Assembly (NCBI GenBank): GCA_013416795.1
Contig: RQSC01000026.1
Coordinates: 601,607-662,426, forward strand
Length of the DNA stretch: 60,820 nucleotides
Source of the DNA: Prasinococcaceae sp. CCMP 1430
Taxonomy: Eukaryota > Plantae > Prasinodermophyta
Direction of reading: 5' to 3'
Shown: positions 21,581-33,386 of the stretch, piece after piece
Layout: each line of letters begins with the position of its first letter
How positions within the stretch are numbered: the first letter of the stretch is position 1
Program-made: the position numbers and the translations under genes
Notes under the pieces: model-generated
Databases searched by the model: none
Told to the model about the DNA's origin: nothing
Seen by the model: only the letters and a program-made list of their open reading frames with translations

Positions 21581-22986
21581 ATGGCGGCGAGCGCAAATGC
21601 TGCCGATGCGCTCGCGCAATTCGCCGACGCCGATAGCAGCGGCGATGAGGGCGGTGACGGCGCGGTAGCGGTGGCGAGCGGCGGCCGCGGCGATGCCGCG
21701 GGCGACAAGGCGGCGGCGGTGTACGCACAGGTCGAGTACTACTTCAGCGACGGTGTGCGCGCGCTCGCGCGCGCAGTGCGCTCGAAAGCGCGCGCAAGCG
21801 CTGGCGCGCTCGCGCGCTCGCGCATGCGACCGTGCCCCCGCTGACACTCTCACGCTCATGACCGAGCGCGCACCTCAATAGCCAACCTCCCCACGGACAA
21901 CTTCCTGCTAGCGGAGATGAGAAAGGGCGGCCCGCAGGGATGGGTGCAGCTCAAGGTGATCGCTGGCTTTAACAAGATGAAAAAGCTCACAAGCGGCGCG
22001 GCGGAGGTCGGCACGGCAATCGGCGCACACCTCGCCGCCATCTCGAACGCGGAGGCAGAGGAAGAGCCGCTGCTGGCCCTGGACGACGCGGGCAAACGTG
22101 TTCGCCGCACGACGCTGCTGCCGGAGATCGACTTCAAGGATCTGTACGAGCGCACGCTCGTCGCCGAGAACCTCCCCGCCCATACGAGTGACGCCAAAGG
22201 CTCGTATCCGTCGGTCGCTGAAGTGACGACCATGTTCGCTGCCGCCGGCGAGGTCGCCTCCGTTCGAGTGGTGGATGGACGCACCGCCGGGCCGACGAGC
22301 GCGCCGCGCGCCGCGCACCTGTACGCGAGCTACAAGATCCATGCGGTGGTTGAGATGGCGACCGTCGAAGGCGCCAAGAAAGCAATTGCCATACTTGACA
22401 CGGGAAAGAGTGACAACTGGCGTCGGCAGGAGGGCGTGCGCGTGCGGCCAATCCTCACGAAGCCGTGGAAGCCGTGGATGGACCCGACATATGTCAAGCC
22501 GAAGAAAGAGAAGAAGGTACGGGCGCGCGCGCAGCGGGCATCCGGCCGAGCTGGGTGCGCTCGCGCTCGCGCTTGCGCTGCGACGGGTGTGCTGACTGTG
22601 CTGCGCTCCCCCTCGTGTAGGCTGAGATGATCATGAATGGGGAGGGCGACGGAGAGGGTGAGGCGCGTGGCGGTGAGACTGGGGCCGGAGGCGGCGACGC
22701 TGTCGACCGCGACGATGTGCCGGCTGCGGGGAGCGAGGGCGAGGCAGGCGACGACGGCGCGGACGACACGCCGTCGAAGAAAGGCAAGAAGGGGAAGCGC
22801 GTCAAGTTTGCCGCGCACGTGCCAGGCGTGCACCGCGGGCCGCGCCTGCCGACGCCAGACCAGAACTTTGGGATGGGCCGTGGGCGCAAGCTGGTCGAGG
22901 TGCTCGCGGAGCTGAAGCTGGGTGGGAACAGCCCTGCCCCGCCGCTCGGCGAGACAGCGGCGGCGGGAGAAGCCGAGGAGGGCTAA
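21581..22986 (+). CDS. La-motif + RRM RNA-binding protein (LARP6-like), introns 21753-21881 and 22517-22620
   Basis: QVEYYFSD|ANLPTDNFLL..GWVQLKVIAGFNKMKKLT, RTLVAENLP, and C-terminal RGPRLPTPDQNFGMGRG resembling the LSA/SUZ-C motif. Confidence 0.88.
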
Positions 22987-23127
22987 GCCTTGTAGGGCGT
23001 GTGCTTCTGGCCGGCTGTCAGCGGCGTGGGACCATTCTTTAATATTGCGTCTTCTGCCTCGGAGTTGTCGATGCGCGCGCGCGCGGGCGTCCCAGGGGAG
23101 ACAGGAGGGGGCACGCCACACCGTGCG

Positions 23128-23233
23128 CGACGCGCGCGGGCGCGCCGCGCCTCCTGTTCGGACTGGGGCCGCGCCTGAGACGCGCGCGGGGGCGCCGCGC
23201 CTCCTGTTCGGACTGGGGCCGCGCCTGCGACGC
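23128..23233. repeat. 50-bp tandem duplication, about 2 copies, just upstream of the transporter ATG
   Basis: GACGCGCGCGGG..CGCCGCGCCTCCTGTTCGGACTGGGGCCGCGCCTG at 23128-23177 and 23178-23227. Confidence 0.9.
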
Positions 23234-23265
23234 ACGGCGGCGCCTGTGGGACCACAACTTGGCCA

Positions 23266-25444
23266 ATGGCTGAGTTCAACTTTCCGCGGCACTTTAGCCA
23301 GGTGGCCAGTGCACCCGCGCATCGCTGGGAGGAGCTGCGCGAGCCAGACGGCTCCTCCGTCTTTGAGTTGGGTGCGGTCGAGGAGGACGGAGGCAGCGCC
23401 GATGCCAGCGCCGGGTTTCTTGACCTGGACGCGTCGAGGCAGAGCACCAGCGATGGAGGCGGCAGCAGCGTTGGCGGCAGCGGCAGCATCTCCGCGGCGA
23501 GGTTGCACGACCGCCACGACAACCGCCGGCCGGGCGTCGCGGCGGTGGCGCAGGCCGCACGGCTGCGCCGCGTGGTGAGCGAGGCGTCGCAAGGGGCATC
23601 GTCGGGGGAAGGCGAGCCGACCAGCGACGCTGCGCTTCTGCCAAGACGCCGAGGCGCGCTCGAGGTGGAAAAGGCCGACACACATGGGGGCCTTGACGAC
23701 GGGGGCGCGGGCCGCCCCACCCTTGAACGCAGATCGAGCTGGTTCCAGGTCGCCTTCCTGATCATCGCCGACATCGTAGGCATTGGGGTGCTAGAGCTTG
23801 CAGGCAACATGCGGAAATTGGGCTGGCTACCTGGCATACTGGTCATCGTTTGCACCTTCTTCCCCTCACTCTACACCGGGTTTGTGCTCTCGCGCCTTGA
23901 GCGCACATATCCCAACAGCTTGTCGTACGGCGAGCTGGGACGAAGCGCCATTTCGCCGCTCTGGAAAGTGATTGTCGACGCCATGTTCGCCATCTACCTG
24001 TTCCTGAACTTGGGCTCGCTCATTCTGGTGCTGGCCGAGTCGTGGCAGGGAATTCTGTACGACACGCGCCTCTGCTTGCTGCCCGCGTCGCTCATCGGAG
24101 CGGCGACTGTGCTGCCTTTCGCACAGATCCGCGCGCTGCACAACGTGTCGGGCCTGGCGCTGCTGTCGACCGCATGCATTGTTGCCGCCGTCCTCATCGT
24201 GATCGTGGAGCTCGTGTTGGGCAACGGCCTGGCGGAGCCGAACTCCCAGTATCCCCCCGGGACGCAGCTGGTAGCCGACACCGATTTCTTGACGGCCATG
24301 ACCGCGGTTGCGGGCGTCCTTTTCGCCTATGGGGGCCAAACCATCTATATGGAGCTCATCGCGGAGATGATTCGGCCGGAGGACTTTCCCAAGGCGCTGC
24401 TGCTGTCCGGCCCGGTCCTGGTGTGCATTTACGTCATTGCGGCCTCCTTTGGCTACGCTTACCTCGGCGGTGACGTGCCCGCAAACATGCTGGAGGCCAT
24501 CCCCGAAGGCGCAACGAAGCGCTTGGCCAATGTCTTGATGCTGGTGCGCACGGGGCATGCTTTGCGTCGGGCCACGCCGCGCCGCGTCTCGGGCGCTGCG
24601 CATGCGCTGACCCCGTGCACACTCACGCGCGCGCGCACACACGCGCGCGCGCGCACTCACACGCGCACCCAGGTGCATATCCTCGTGAGCTATGTTTTGA
24701 ACAATCAGATCCTCACGCGATTCATCCACGTGCGTATCAGCCCACGTACGGCCAATGTCAAGCCAGGGCCGCGCGGATGGGTACGGAGCGAGTCTATGCT
24801 GTCCACTTGCGCGATATCGCGTCTCGATGCCGTGCTGAGCTCAGTGGCTGAACAGTACTGTACAGTATGTGTACACACGTGGGACCCGTGCTATGTCACT
24901 GCTGACCCTCTTGTCACGTCTCGTAGGTGCGGACTGCTGTTTGGTGGTTCTGCATCACATTGGTCATGACGGTGTTGGCGTTGCTTCTCTCGAATGCAAT
25001 CCCCTTCTTCGACGACCTCACCGCCATCGTTGGCGCACTGCTGATTGCACCCTTCACTTTTGGCTTGCCGCCGCTCTTCGGGCTGTACAGCTTTTGGCGC
25101 AAGGTTGGCCCGTGGACGTGGCTCCCCCGCATTGAGAGGGCCGCATTTTACATGCTGCTGGTCGTGTGCGGCTACTACATGTGCGTGATGTTAGCAGTCT
25201 TTGTCCGCTCGCGTCTATGTTGTGCGTGCCTTTCTCGGCACGCGTGCGCTCCGACATTGTGTTTTTTTAGCCAGATCTCTCGAACGCGAGATCGTACAGA
25301 GCACTGACAGGACTGGTCGCCCCACTTCCCTCGGCGCGAGCAACACACAGGACGATCGGCACGGCGGCCATCGTACGCGAGGTGATAAACGATAGCAGCA
25401 CCTACGGTGCCCCGTTCGCGTGTCACGCCATTGACGGTTCCTGA
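23266..25444 (+). CDS. Amino acid transporter (AAAP/Aa_trans family), introns 24544-24672, 24781-24926 and 25181-25350
   Basis: SWFQVAFLIIADIVGIGVL, LGWLPG, FAYGGQTIYMELIAEM, IPFFDDLTAIVGAL; last exon ends TYGAPFACHAIDGS*; many TM helices. Confidence 0.92.
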
Positions 25445-25558
25445 GGGCAGCACGACAGCAGAGCGATGCACGACCAAGATTCTCATAATAGCCCTTTGGC
25501 AACAAGGCGCGTCCAGCAGTCACGTCGTATGCTGCGACCCCACACGCAGCGCTTCGAG

Positions 25559-26326
25559 TCACTTGTCACCGTCGGGGAAGAGTCCGGCGAACATCGCCTT
25601 TGCCTTCTCTCGGGCCCTGGCCCACGCTATCTTCGCCTCGTCGAGCGCGGTGCTCCCGTCTCTGGCCAGTTCGCGGGCCTTGCGCTCCTCACGCTTGCGC
25701 TTCTCGCGCTCCAGGTCCTTGCGCCGCCGCGCGCCGGCGCCCTTCTCCGGGTGCGCCTGCATAGCCTCGGATGCGGGCACAGCCCCGTCCACGAGCGCTC
25801 TGGCCTCCTCAGGGCTCACTCCCAGGGCACGCGCCACCTTGTCGTCCTTGCTTAGATTGCTGACCATTGCCTCGCCTTCAGCGTTGAGAATCGCCTCAGC
25901 CTGCGTGTCGTTATCCTGCTGGCGCTCCTGCCTGTCGCCGAGCTCCTCGCGGGTGCGGCCGCCGCGTGGCAGCCGCTCGCGGGCGCGCGCGGGGCGGGAG
26001 CGGACGCGAGGGCGTATCCGAAAGGGGAAAGATATGAATACTGATGGCGGAATCCAAATGGAATCCAATGGGTTCCGGGTGCCGCCGGCGAGTTTTTTTG
26101 TGCCACCTGTTGGGAGCCGGGCCGGAATGACATGCACTTCGAGAGCGAGCAGGCTAAGCGGCGCCTCAAGGTACCGTGCCTTCTCGCCCACGTACCGCAA
26201 TGGGCGCGAGTTTGAGCTGAAGAGCGTGCTTGCAGGGTGCAGGTGCCAGTTGGAGCGCTCGCGAATGCCTGGCGTATTTATTTGCACCGCCGTCCCTCTG
26301 GCGCGCCGGCCCTGCGCGGTCGCCAA
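25559..26326 (-). CDS. Hypothetical charged/helical protein (possible in-frame intron 25932-26174; start unresolved)
   Basis: 25559-25931 has coding-like codon use (QDNDTQAEAILNAEG...KAKAMFAGLFPDGDK). A GTACCT donor and CAG acceptor are phase-compatible. No family recognised. Confidence 0.5.
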   Translation of the reverse strand: MATAQGRRARGTAVQINTPGIRERSNWHLHPASTLFSSNSRPLRYVGEKARYLEAPLSLLALEVHVIPARLPTGGTKKLAGGTRNPLDSIWIPPSVFISFPFRIRPRVRSRPARARERLPRGGRTREELGDRQERQQDNDTQAEAILNAEGEAMVSNLSKDDKVARALGVSPEEARALVDGAVPASEAMQAHPEKGAGARRRKDLEREKRKREERKARELARDGSTALDEAKIAWARAREKAKAMFAGLFPDGDK

Positions 26327-26789
26327 CCACGCCGAGTCGCGCGGTGCCCCGCGCGGCAGACTTGAGCTCGCGCCGCGTGCGCGCGGCAGGTCGCGCGGAT
26401 GAGACTGTCACACACGGCCGCCCGCAGTTTGCGCCCGCGGTGTGGTGCGCGCGCGCGCGCGCGCGCGCGAATGCGCGCTGTTGGACCTCGCGACAGGCTC
26501 GCCGCGTTTTTGCAACAAAAATTTGTGCGGGCACGCCTCTGCATGCACCTCATGCGGGCACCGCGCGCACCTCCGCGGCGATGGGCGCGCGACCGGCCGA
26601 GGGGAGGCGCGCGGCTTCGCGCCGGGGCTCGCCGAGCGCACGCAGGTGCCGGCAGGAGGCCTTTGTTACTCGGCGCTGCGTGCTCGGCAAGCCCTATAAC
26701 CCTTTCTATTCCCATTAGTGTGAGTACATACTTTTTGCGCGCGACGCGCCCACGCGCCGAGCTGTGCAAAGAACGCCCCACCTGGCTGC

Positions 26790-28328
26790 TTAGTGGGCGT
26801 ACTTGGCTTCGATGAACTTCTGCTCGTACTCGGAGGCGGCGTGGTCCCAGCCGAGGTCCTTGTGCATGCCGCGCAGCGCGACCTCCATGAAGGCGTCGCG
26901 GTGCTCCCAGTAGGTCCACATCGCCTGTCCGAGCGCCCACTGGAACTGGTCCGTCGCGGCGTGCTCGAATGTCCAGCCGGTGCCCGCGTTCTCGGCGTCG
27001 TAGTGGAGCACGGTGTCGCGGAGGCCGCCCACGGCGTGCACCACGGGCACGGTGCCGTAGTGCATCGCGTACAGCTGGTTGAGTCCGCACGGCTCGTAGC
27101 GCGACGGCATCATGAGGATGTCGCAGCCAGCGGTGATGCGGTGGGCCATCTCCTCGCTGTACCCGATCCAGGCGCGGACCTTGTCGCGGTTGCGGCACTC
27201 CATGTCGTAGATGCGATCCTGCAGGTCCGGGGTCCCGGACGCCAGGAAGATGACCTGCACGTTGTGGCTCATGAGGAACTCCTCCGAGTCGAGAATGAAG
27301 TCCACGCCCTTCTGCTGGTCGAGCCGGCCGATGAAGCCGAGCGTGATGGTGTCGTGCTGCTCGGGCAGGCCGAGCTGGCGCTGCAGCGCCGCCTTGCACG
27401 CCTGCTTGCCCGTCCACAGCCCCTCCAGGCAGGTGCCGTAGGTCTGGTAGCCGTCCGACTGCAGGAACCTGTCGTGCTCGGGGCTCCAAATGTCGAAGTC
27501 GATGCCGTTGACGATGCCGGACAGCTTGGCCGGGTCGCTGCGGATGGTCGGGGCGAGGCCCCAGCCGCCCTCATCCGTGCTCAGCTCCCACGCGTACGCG
27601 GGGCTCACCGCGATCACCTTCGTGGCGTAGTCGATCCCCGCCTTGAGGATGTTGCAGCAGGGGCCCTTGACCGGATCGTCCAGGTAGAAGGCGCCCGTGT
27701 GGTGATCCGGCAGGCCGAACTTCCACACCTCGTCCGGCTCGAGGCGGCCCTGGTGCGAGCCGTTGTGCACGATGAGCACCGAGCGCGCGTACCCGAGGTT
27801 GTTGTGATCCTGGTAGAAGGCGCGCAGGTACACGGGCAGCAGCGCGGTGTGCCAGTCGTTCGCGACGTACACCAGGCTGTCCGTGCCGTACGGGTAGCCG
27901 CCGCAGTGCACGTGCCACACCGCCTCGAGGGCGGCCTGGCTCAGCAGCGCGCCGCGCCATGCCACGTCCATGGTCGAGCCGGCGTAGATCTTGCCGGCGT
28001 TCTCGCGGAAGGCCGGGTGGTTGACGAAGACGAGGTCCACGCCGTCGCGGTGGAGGTGGAAGTACTCGACGTCCACGCCCGTGCCGCACACCTCAAGGTG
28101 CACGTGGGCGCACGGGTCGTGCAGCTCATCGTAGTGGTAGTACATCGGGCTCACGGTCATCACGCGGTGGCCCTTCTGCACGAGCTTCCTGGGCAGGCTC
28201 GACATGACGTCGCCCAGCCCGCCCGTCTTGGTGAACGGCGCGCACTCGAAGCCCGCGAACACGATGTTGAGCCGCTCCTCCGCGCACGCCGCGAGGCGCG
28301 CGGTGCGCGGCGCGGCGCGGCGCGCCAC
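26790..28328 (-). CDS. Soluble starch synthase (GT5; SSI/SSII-like), 5' end in gap
   Basis: ECAPFTKTGGLGDV, ANDWHTALLPVYL, GIVNGID, FIGRLDQQKG, MPSRYEPCGLNQLYAMHYGTVPVVHAVGGLRDTV. Confidence 0.95.
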   Translation of the reverse strand: MARRAAPRTARLAACAEERLNIVFAGFECAPFTKTGGLGDVMSSLPRKLVQKGHRVMTVSPMYYHYDELHDPCAHVHLEVCGTGVDVEYFHLHRDGVDLVFVNHPAFRENAGKIYAGSTMDVAWRGALLSQAALEAVWHVHCGGYPYGTDSLVYVANDWHTALLPVYLRAFYQDHNNLGYARSVLIVHNGSHQGRLEPDEVWKFGLPDHHTGAFYLDDPVKGPCCNILKAGIDYATKVIAVSPAYAWELSTDEGGWGLAPTIRSDPAKLSGIVNGIDFDIWSPEHDRFLQSDGYQTYGTCLEGLWTGKQACKAALQRQLGLPEQHDTITLGFIGRLDQQKGVDFILDSEEFLMSHNVQVIFLASGTPDLQDRIYDMECRNRDKVRAWIGYSEEMAHRITAGCDILMMPSRYEPCGLNQLYAMHYGTVPVVHAVGGLRDTVLHYDAENAGTGWTFEHAATDQFQWALGQAMWTYWEHRDAFMEVALRGMHKDLGWDHAASEYEQKFIEAKYAH

Positions 28329-29698
28329 CNNNNNNNNNNNNNNNNNNNNNNNNNNNNNNNNNNNNNNNNNNNNNNNNNNNNNNNNNNNNNNNNNNNNNNN
28401 NNNNNNNNNNNNNNNNNNNNNNNNNNNNNNNNNNNNNNNNNNNNNNNNNNNNNNNNNNNNNNNNNNNNNNNNNNNNNNNNNNNNNNNNNNNNNNNNNNNN
28501 NNNNNNNNNNNNNNNNNNNNNNNNNNNNNNNNNNNNNNNNNNNNNNNNNNNNNNNNNNNNNNNNNNNNNNNNNNNNNNNNNNNNNNNNNNNNNNNNNNNN
28601 NNNNNNNNNNNNNNNNNNNNNNNNGCGCGCGCGCCGCGCGCGCGCGCGCGCTTCGCCGCGCGAAAAATCCCGCGAAAAAGCGCGAAACGCGCGGGCGGGG
28701 ATCCGCCCGGCCCGGCGCGCCACAAAATCAATGCTTTTCGATGGCGCTCCGCGCCGCGCGGCGCCCGGCGCCCCCTCGGATTTGGCGCGCCGAATCCCGG
28801 CCGAAAGCGCGCTTTTCGCGCGGCGTTCCCGTTCCGTTCCGCGCGCAGCGCCGTTTCCGGGCGCCACGTCAGCCACACACGGGCGCCGGCGCCCAGGCGC
28901 GCCGCGCGCGTCCGCTGCGCATTTCGCGCCCGCAACGCCGTAAAATTCCAGTGCGAAACGCATGGCGGCGCCCCCCCGGGACGCCCATTTCGGCCGCGCC
29001 GCCCGCGCGCGGCGAAGGCGAAGACACGGGACGCCCGAGGGAGCGAGCGAGGTGTTGGGCGCATATACCAACCGTCACTCGGGACCGACGTGCACGTCGG
29101 TCGGGACAGGCCCTCCCCCAGCCACGGATGGGCCCGCCGGGAGCGCGGCCGCGCGCGCGCGCGCGGCCCCCGGCNNNNNNNNNNNNNNNNNNNNNNNNNN
29201 NNNNNNNNNNNNNNNNNNNNNNNNNNNNNNNNNNNNNNNNNNNNNNNNNNNNNNNNNNNNNNNNNNNNNNNNNNNNNNNNNNNNNNNNNNNNNNNNNNNN
29301 NNNNNNNNNNNNNNNNNNNNNNNNNNNNNNNNNNNNNNNNNNNNNNNNNNNNNNNNNNNNNNNNNNNNNNNNNNNNNNNNNNNNNNNNNNNNNNNNNNNN
29401 NNNNNNNNNNNNNNNNNNNNNNNNNNNNNNNNNNNNNNNNNNNNNNNNNNNNNNNNNNNNNNNNNNNNNNNNNNNNNNNNNNNNNNNNNNNNNNNNNNNN
29501 NNNNNNNNNNNNNNNNNNNNNNNNNNNNNNNNNNNNNNNNNNNNNNNNNGCGGGGCGGCGGCGCCCGGCGGGCGGGCGCCGGCTGGAGTTGGCGCGCCGC
29601 GAGGTGCTGTTCAACTTTGCCCTCCTCTGACCGCCGTGCAAAGCGGGGGCGCGCCGCCAGGCAGGTGCGCAGGCGAGGCGGCCTGCGCGGAGGTGGCC

Positions 29699-32600
29699 AT
29701 GGGCGCCAACGCGTCCTCGCCTGAGAGGGGCGCCGAGGGCTCGCCGGCGTCGTCCACGCCACCAGCGCGTGGACGCGGCATCACGCGGGAGCAGTCCGAG
29801 GGACTCGCGGCGGTCATGCTACAGTACGAGGAGGAGGAGAGGCGCAGCCCCTTCGAGGGCGGCGCGACGCCGGGGGCACGACCAGGGCTGTTCATGAGCC
29901 CGAATGGCGACGCCGTGCTGAGCGTGCGAGGCGCGCCGCGGGCGGTGTACACGACGGCTGAGTACCTGACGGAGCGCATCGTGGTGCACGAGACTGGCGC
30001 GTGCGGGGACGCGACGTACGCGGAGGCGATGCTCGAGTTGGCCGAGACGCTGCGCGAGGATCTCGAGGAGAGCGGTGGCGGCATTGGCGGCGGTGCTATG
30101 CTCATCAGCATCTCGCCGGTCGGGCTCTTCGCGGACCTAGAGGGCGACCTGGGCCCGCAGCTGTACGATGCCTTCAACAACAGCTGCGTGGAGTTCACCG
30201 AGCCCGCGTGGGACTCGCCGCCCGGGCCGGCGGTGTGGCCGCTCGAGCGCATTTTCGCCGTCGCGTCGTCTGTACAGGGGTGGCTCGCTATGGACGAGCG
30301 CAACGTTGCCGTGCTGCACGTGCGCGGGCGCCCGGACAGGTACGCCGGCAGCGCGGGGGCCTTCCTGCGATTCTTGGCCGCGTGCGCAGGAGGGCTAGCC
30401 GCGGCCGAGAGCGGCGACCCGGAGAGCGTCACCTACCCCATGCTCGTGCTCGACTCCTTCCCGCCTCCGCCCATTCGCGGGGCACTCCGAGCCACTCCGT
30501 CGCAGCGTAGGTACATGAACTACCTCCACGAGATGATCTCAAGCAAGGGCATCGTCAAGGCGCGCCACACGCGTCCCATCCTGCGGCGGGTGACGCTCGC
30601 GTCGGGGCTGGATGCCGACGGCGAGGGCTTCTGCCGGCCCGTTGCGATCGTGTATCAGGGGGGGCGCGCGGTGCGGCGGAGCACGGAATGGGGCCACATC
30701 CCGCCAAGATATCGGAAGGGGAAGTCGTTCATGATCAACCTCGAGCTCGGCGAGCCCAATGCACTGGCGCACATCGACCCAGCAGAGAAGCTCGGCGTCC
30801 TGGTGGAGACGGACATCGTCCTGCTGATCGCACATTACGACGTGGGCACGTCGACCGAGGTGCCGCTGCTGGCGTTCTCATTCAACCACGACCGCGAGAA
30901 GGACCGTCGCCGTGGGCTCGTCCGCGTCCTCGCGAGAGACATGGACGTGCTCACGCCACAGCTCGCCGACGCCCTCAGCCGCCGGACGGATGAGTTCTTC
31001 TTCGACCTGTTGCTATTCGAGCCCAACCGCGAGGCGGATGGGCACGAAGCCGCAGTTGCGGGGCCCGAGCCGGAGGTGTACGCCGACGGGTGGCGCGAGG
31101 CGCTGTTGTACGCAAAGACCGGCAAGCTCACCCAGCGCGGCGATGAGGCGGAGGGACGTGCTACGGACCTGCCGCACCAGATCTCGGTCTGGACGCAATG
31201 CGAGCGCGAGAGTGTTCTGGAGGCTCGAGCGGACGCAGAGGCGGAGGCGGCCGAGGGCGTCGAGCTTCGTCTCCAGCAACGAGCTGCGGACGCGGAGGCA
31301 AACGAGCCGGCGGAGGCGCTGCAGCGGGATCAGGACGCGCAGAAACAGACACTGAGTGCGCAGTCGTCGATGTCCCCGCGACAGATCGAGAGCCCGAGCA
31401 CCCCGCTGCCGTCGTCTGGCTGGAGCAAGAGAGACGTGGAAGGCAGGCGCGCGGCGAGCGCGGATCCCGCGGCGGCCCTGACTCCGCGACCGCCACCGCC
31501 GGCGCCACCGCCGCCGCCACCGGGGAGCGGCAGCCCGGTGCCTCCGCCGCCGCCACCGCCGCCCGGGAGTGCGCGGAAGCGGTTGCACCTCGGACCGACA
31601 CCGCCACCCCTGCCGCGCGGGGGGGCACAGACACCGCCGCAACTGCGCAGCCTCTATTGGACGAAGCTCAGAAGCATCAAGGGCACCTTCTTCACAGACA
31701 TCAAGTCTCACGCAAGAGAGGAGGAGCCCGGCAGCATGCGCGCCGAGCATCGAGAGGCGCTCACCAAACTTTTCGCGATGCGAACGAAGAATGGCCGGCT
31801 AGCGACGGCCGGGAAGGCGGTCGTGGCGGCCAACAGGCTCGGCGGCGCCGCGAGGGCACGGGGCGCGCCCGTGCTGGTAAACCTTCAGCGGGCCAACAAC
31901 GTGGCCATCATGCTGACGCGGCTGAAGAATTGCAGCCCGGAGTCGCTCAAGGCAAGCGTCATGTCGGGCGACACGTCGGCGCTCTCGGTGGAGCAGCTCG
32001 CTCTGCTGGTACAGGTAGTGCCGACGGATGCCGAGCGAGAGCTCTTCCTTAGCTACCAGGGCGAGCCCGGGGAGCTGTGTCCTCCGGAGCAGTTCCTTCG
32101 CACGCTGTCGTTCGTCCCGCGCCTGCGCGCGAAGCTAAATGCGCTGCTCTTTGCGCGCCAATTCGAGGCGCGCTACGAGGACGCACTGGGCATGCTCGAG
32201 GAAGTCTCCAGGGCGTGCCGTCAGGTAGAGACAAGTGCGGGGGACCCCAAGGGCACCCTCGCTGCCATCCTGCGTGCCGTACTCGATGCCGGCAATGTGC
32301 TCAACAGCGGGACCCCGCGCGGCAACGCACAGGGCTACAAGCTGGACACGCTGCTCAAGCTGAGGGACCTCAAGACCACGACCGGACGAGCCAAGTACAG
32401 ACAAAAGGCCAGAGCAGGGGAAGGCTCCGGCGCTAGTGAAAACGGCGTGATCACGAACGAGGATGCGAACGAGATCGCTTCCGCCTCGCCGACGGCGAAG
32501 TATGAGACGGGCGTGGCAACGCTGCTGGACTTCATCTGCATGGTCATCGGCCCTTATCCAACGAAAGATGGTGGCGGCGGAGAGCTACGCGAGCTCACCG

Positions 32601-33309
32601 CCGAGCTGAGCGCCTTGCGGCGAGCCAAGGACATTACACACGCGGACATCGCTGGCGGTAAGCACAGCGAGCGATTGGCGGCCTGCTGCCGCACCGCGCG
32701 TGGCTCACTGTGTGCCCCCTCGCTTGCGTGCTGACCCTCGAGCACCTGGCGCGCGCGTTGACTACCTGTGCCCGCCCCTCTCGGCCTGCAGCGCTCGCCG
32801 CCATCGACAGTGGCATAGCCGCCGTCAGGACGGAAGCTAGGTTGGCAGCGGAGGACGCCGCGTCATTCGCGACCCCTCCACCATCCACCATCAACGAGTC
32901 GTCGACGAAGCCCAGACACCTGCGAAGGACCTCGACGGCCGACTCCACGGCCAGTTTCCGGACCGCAGTCAGCGAAGGTGGCTCGGACTGGAACGACGGG
33001 GGCGCACAGACACCGTCGGACGTCGATAGCGCCTGCTCGACCGCGACCAACGGCGGCGTTAGTGGCGAGCAGACTGGGGCGGAGACCACGTTTGCCAGCT
33101 CGCTGAGTGAGTTCCTGTCCGACGCCGCGGCTCGGCGCGACGCACTCGCCGAGCACGCGCGCGCAGTAGAGGAGCGCTACGCAATTGTTGCGGCGCTCTT
33201 CGGCGAGCCCCCCGGCAGTGAGGGCACGGAGCGTCTCTTCGCCACGCTGTGGTCGTTTGCCACAGTCTTCGAAGCCGCGCGCGTGCGCGTCGTCGCGGCT
33301 CCCAGCTAG
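29699..33309 (+). CDS. Class II-type formin (degenerate PTEN/C2 + FH1 + FH2), intron 32658-32791
   Basis: PTEN-like YLTERIVV, WLAMDERNVAVLH, TPSQRRYMNY; C2-like CRPVAIVYQ; poly-Pro FH1; FH2 LRSLYWTKL, RANNVAIML, GNVLNSGTPRGNAQGYKLDTLLKL; terminal LFGE..LFATLWSF. Confidence 0.92.
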
Positions 33310-33386
33310 CGAGATGTGGCAAGGCCAGCTGTGTGTATTTAATCCGCTTTCCCGCCGGCTCCGGCGAGGAAAGGCAATGCAATTTT

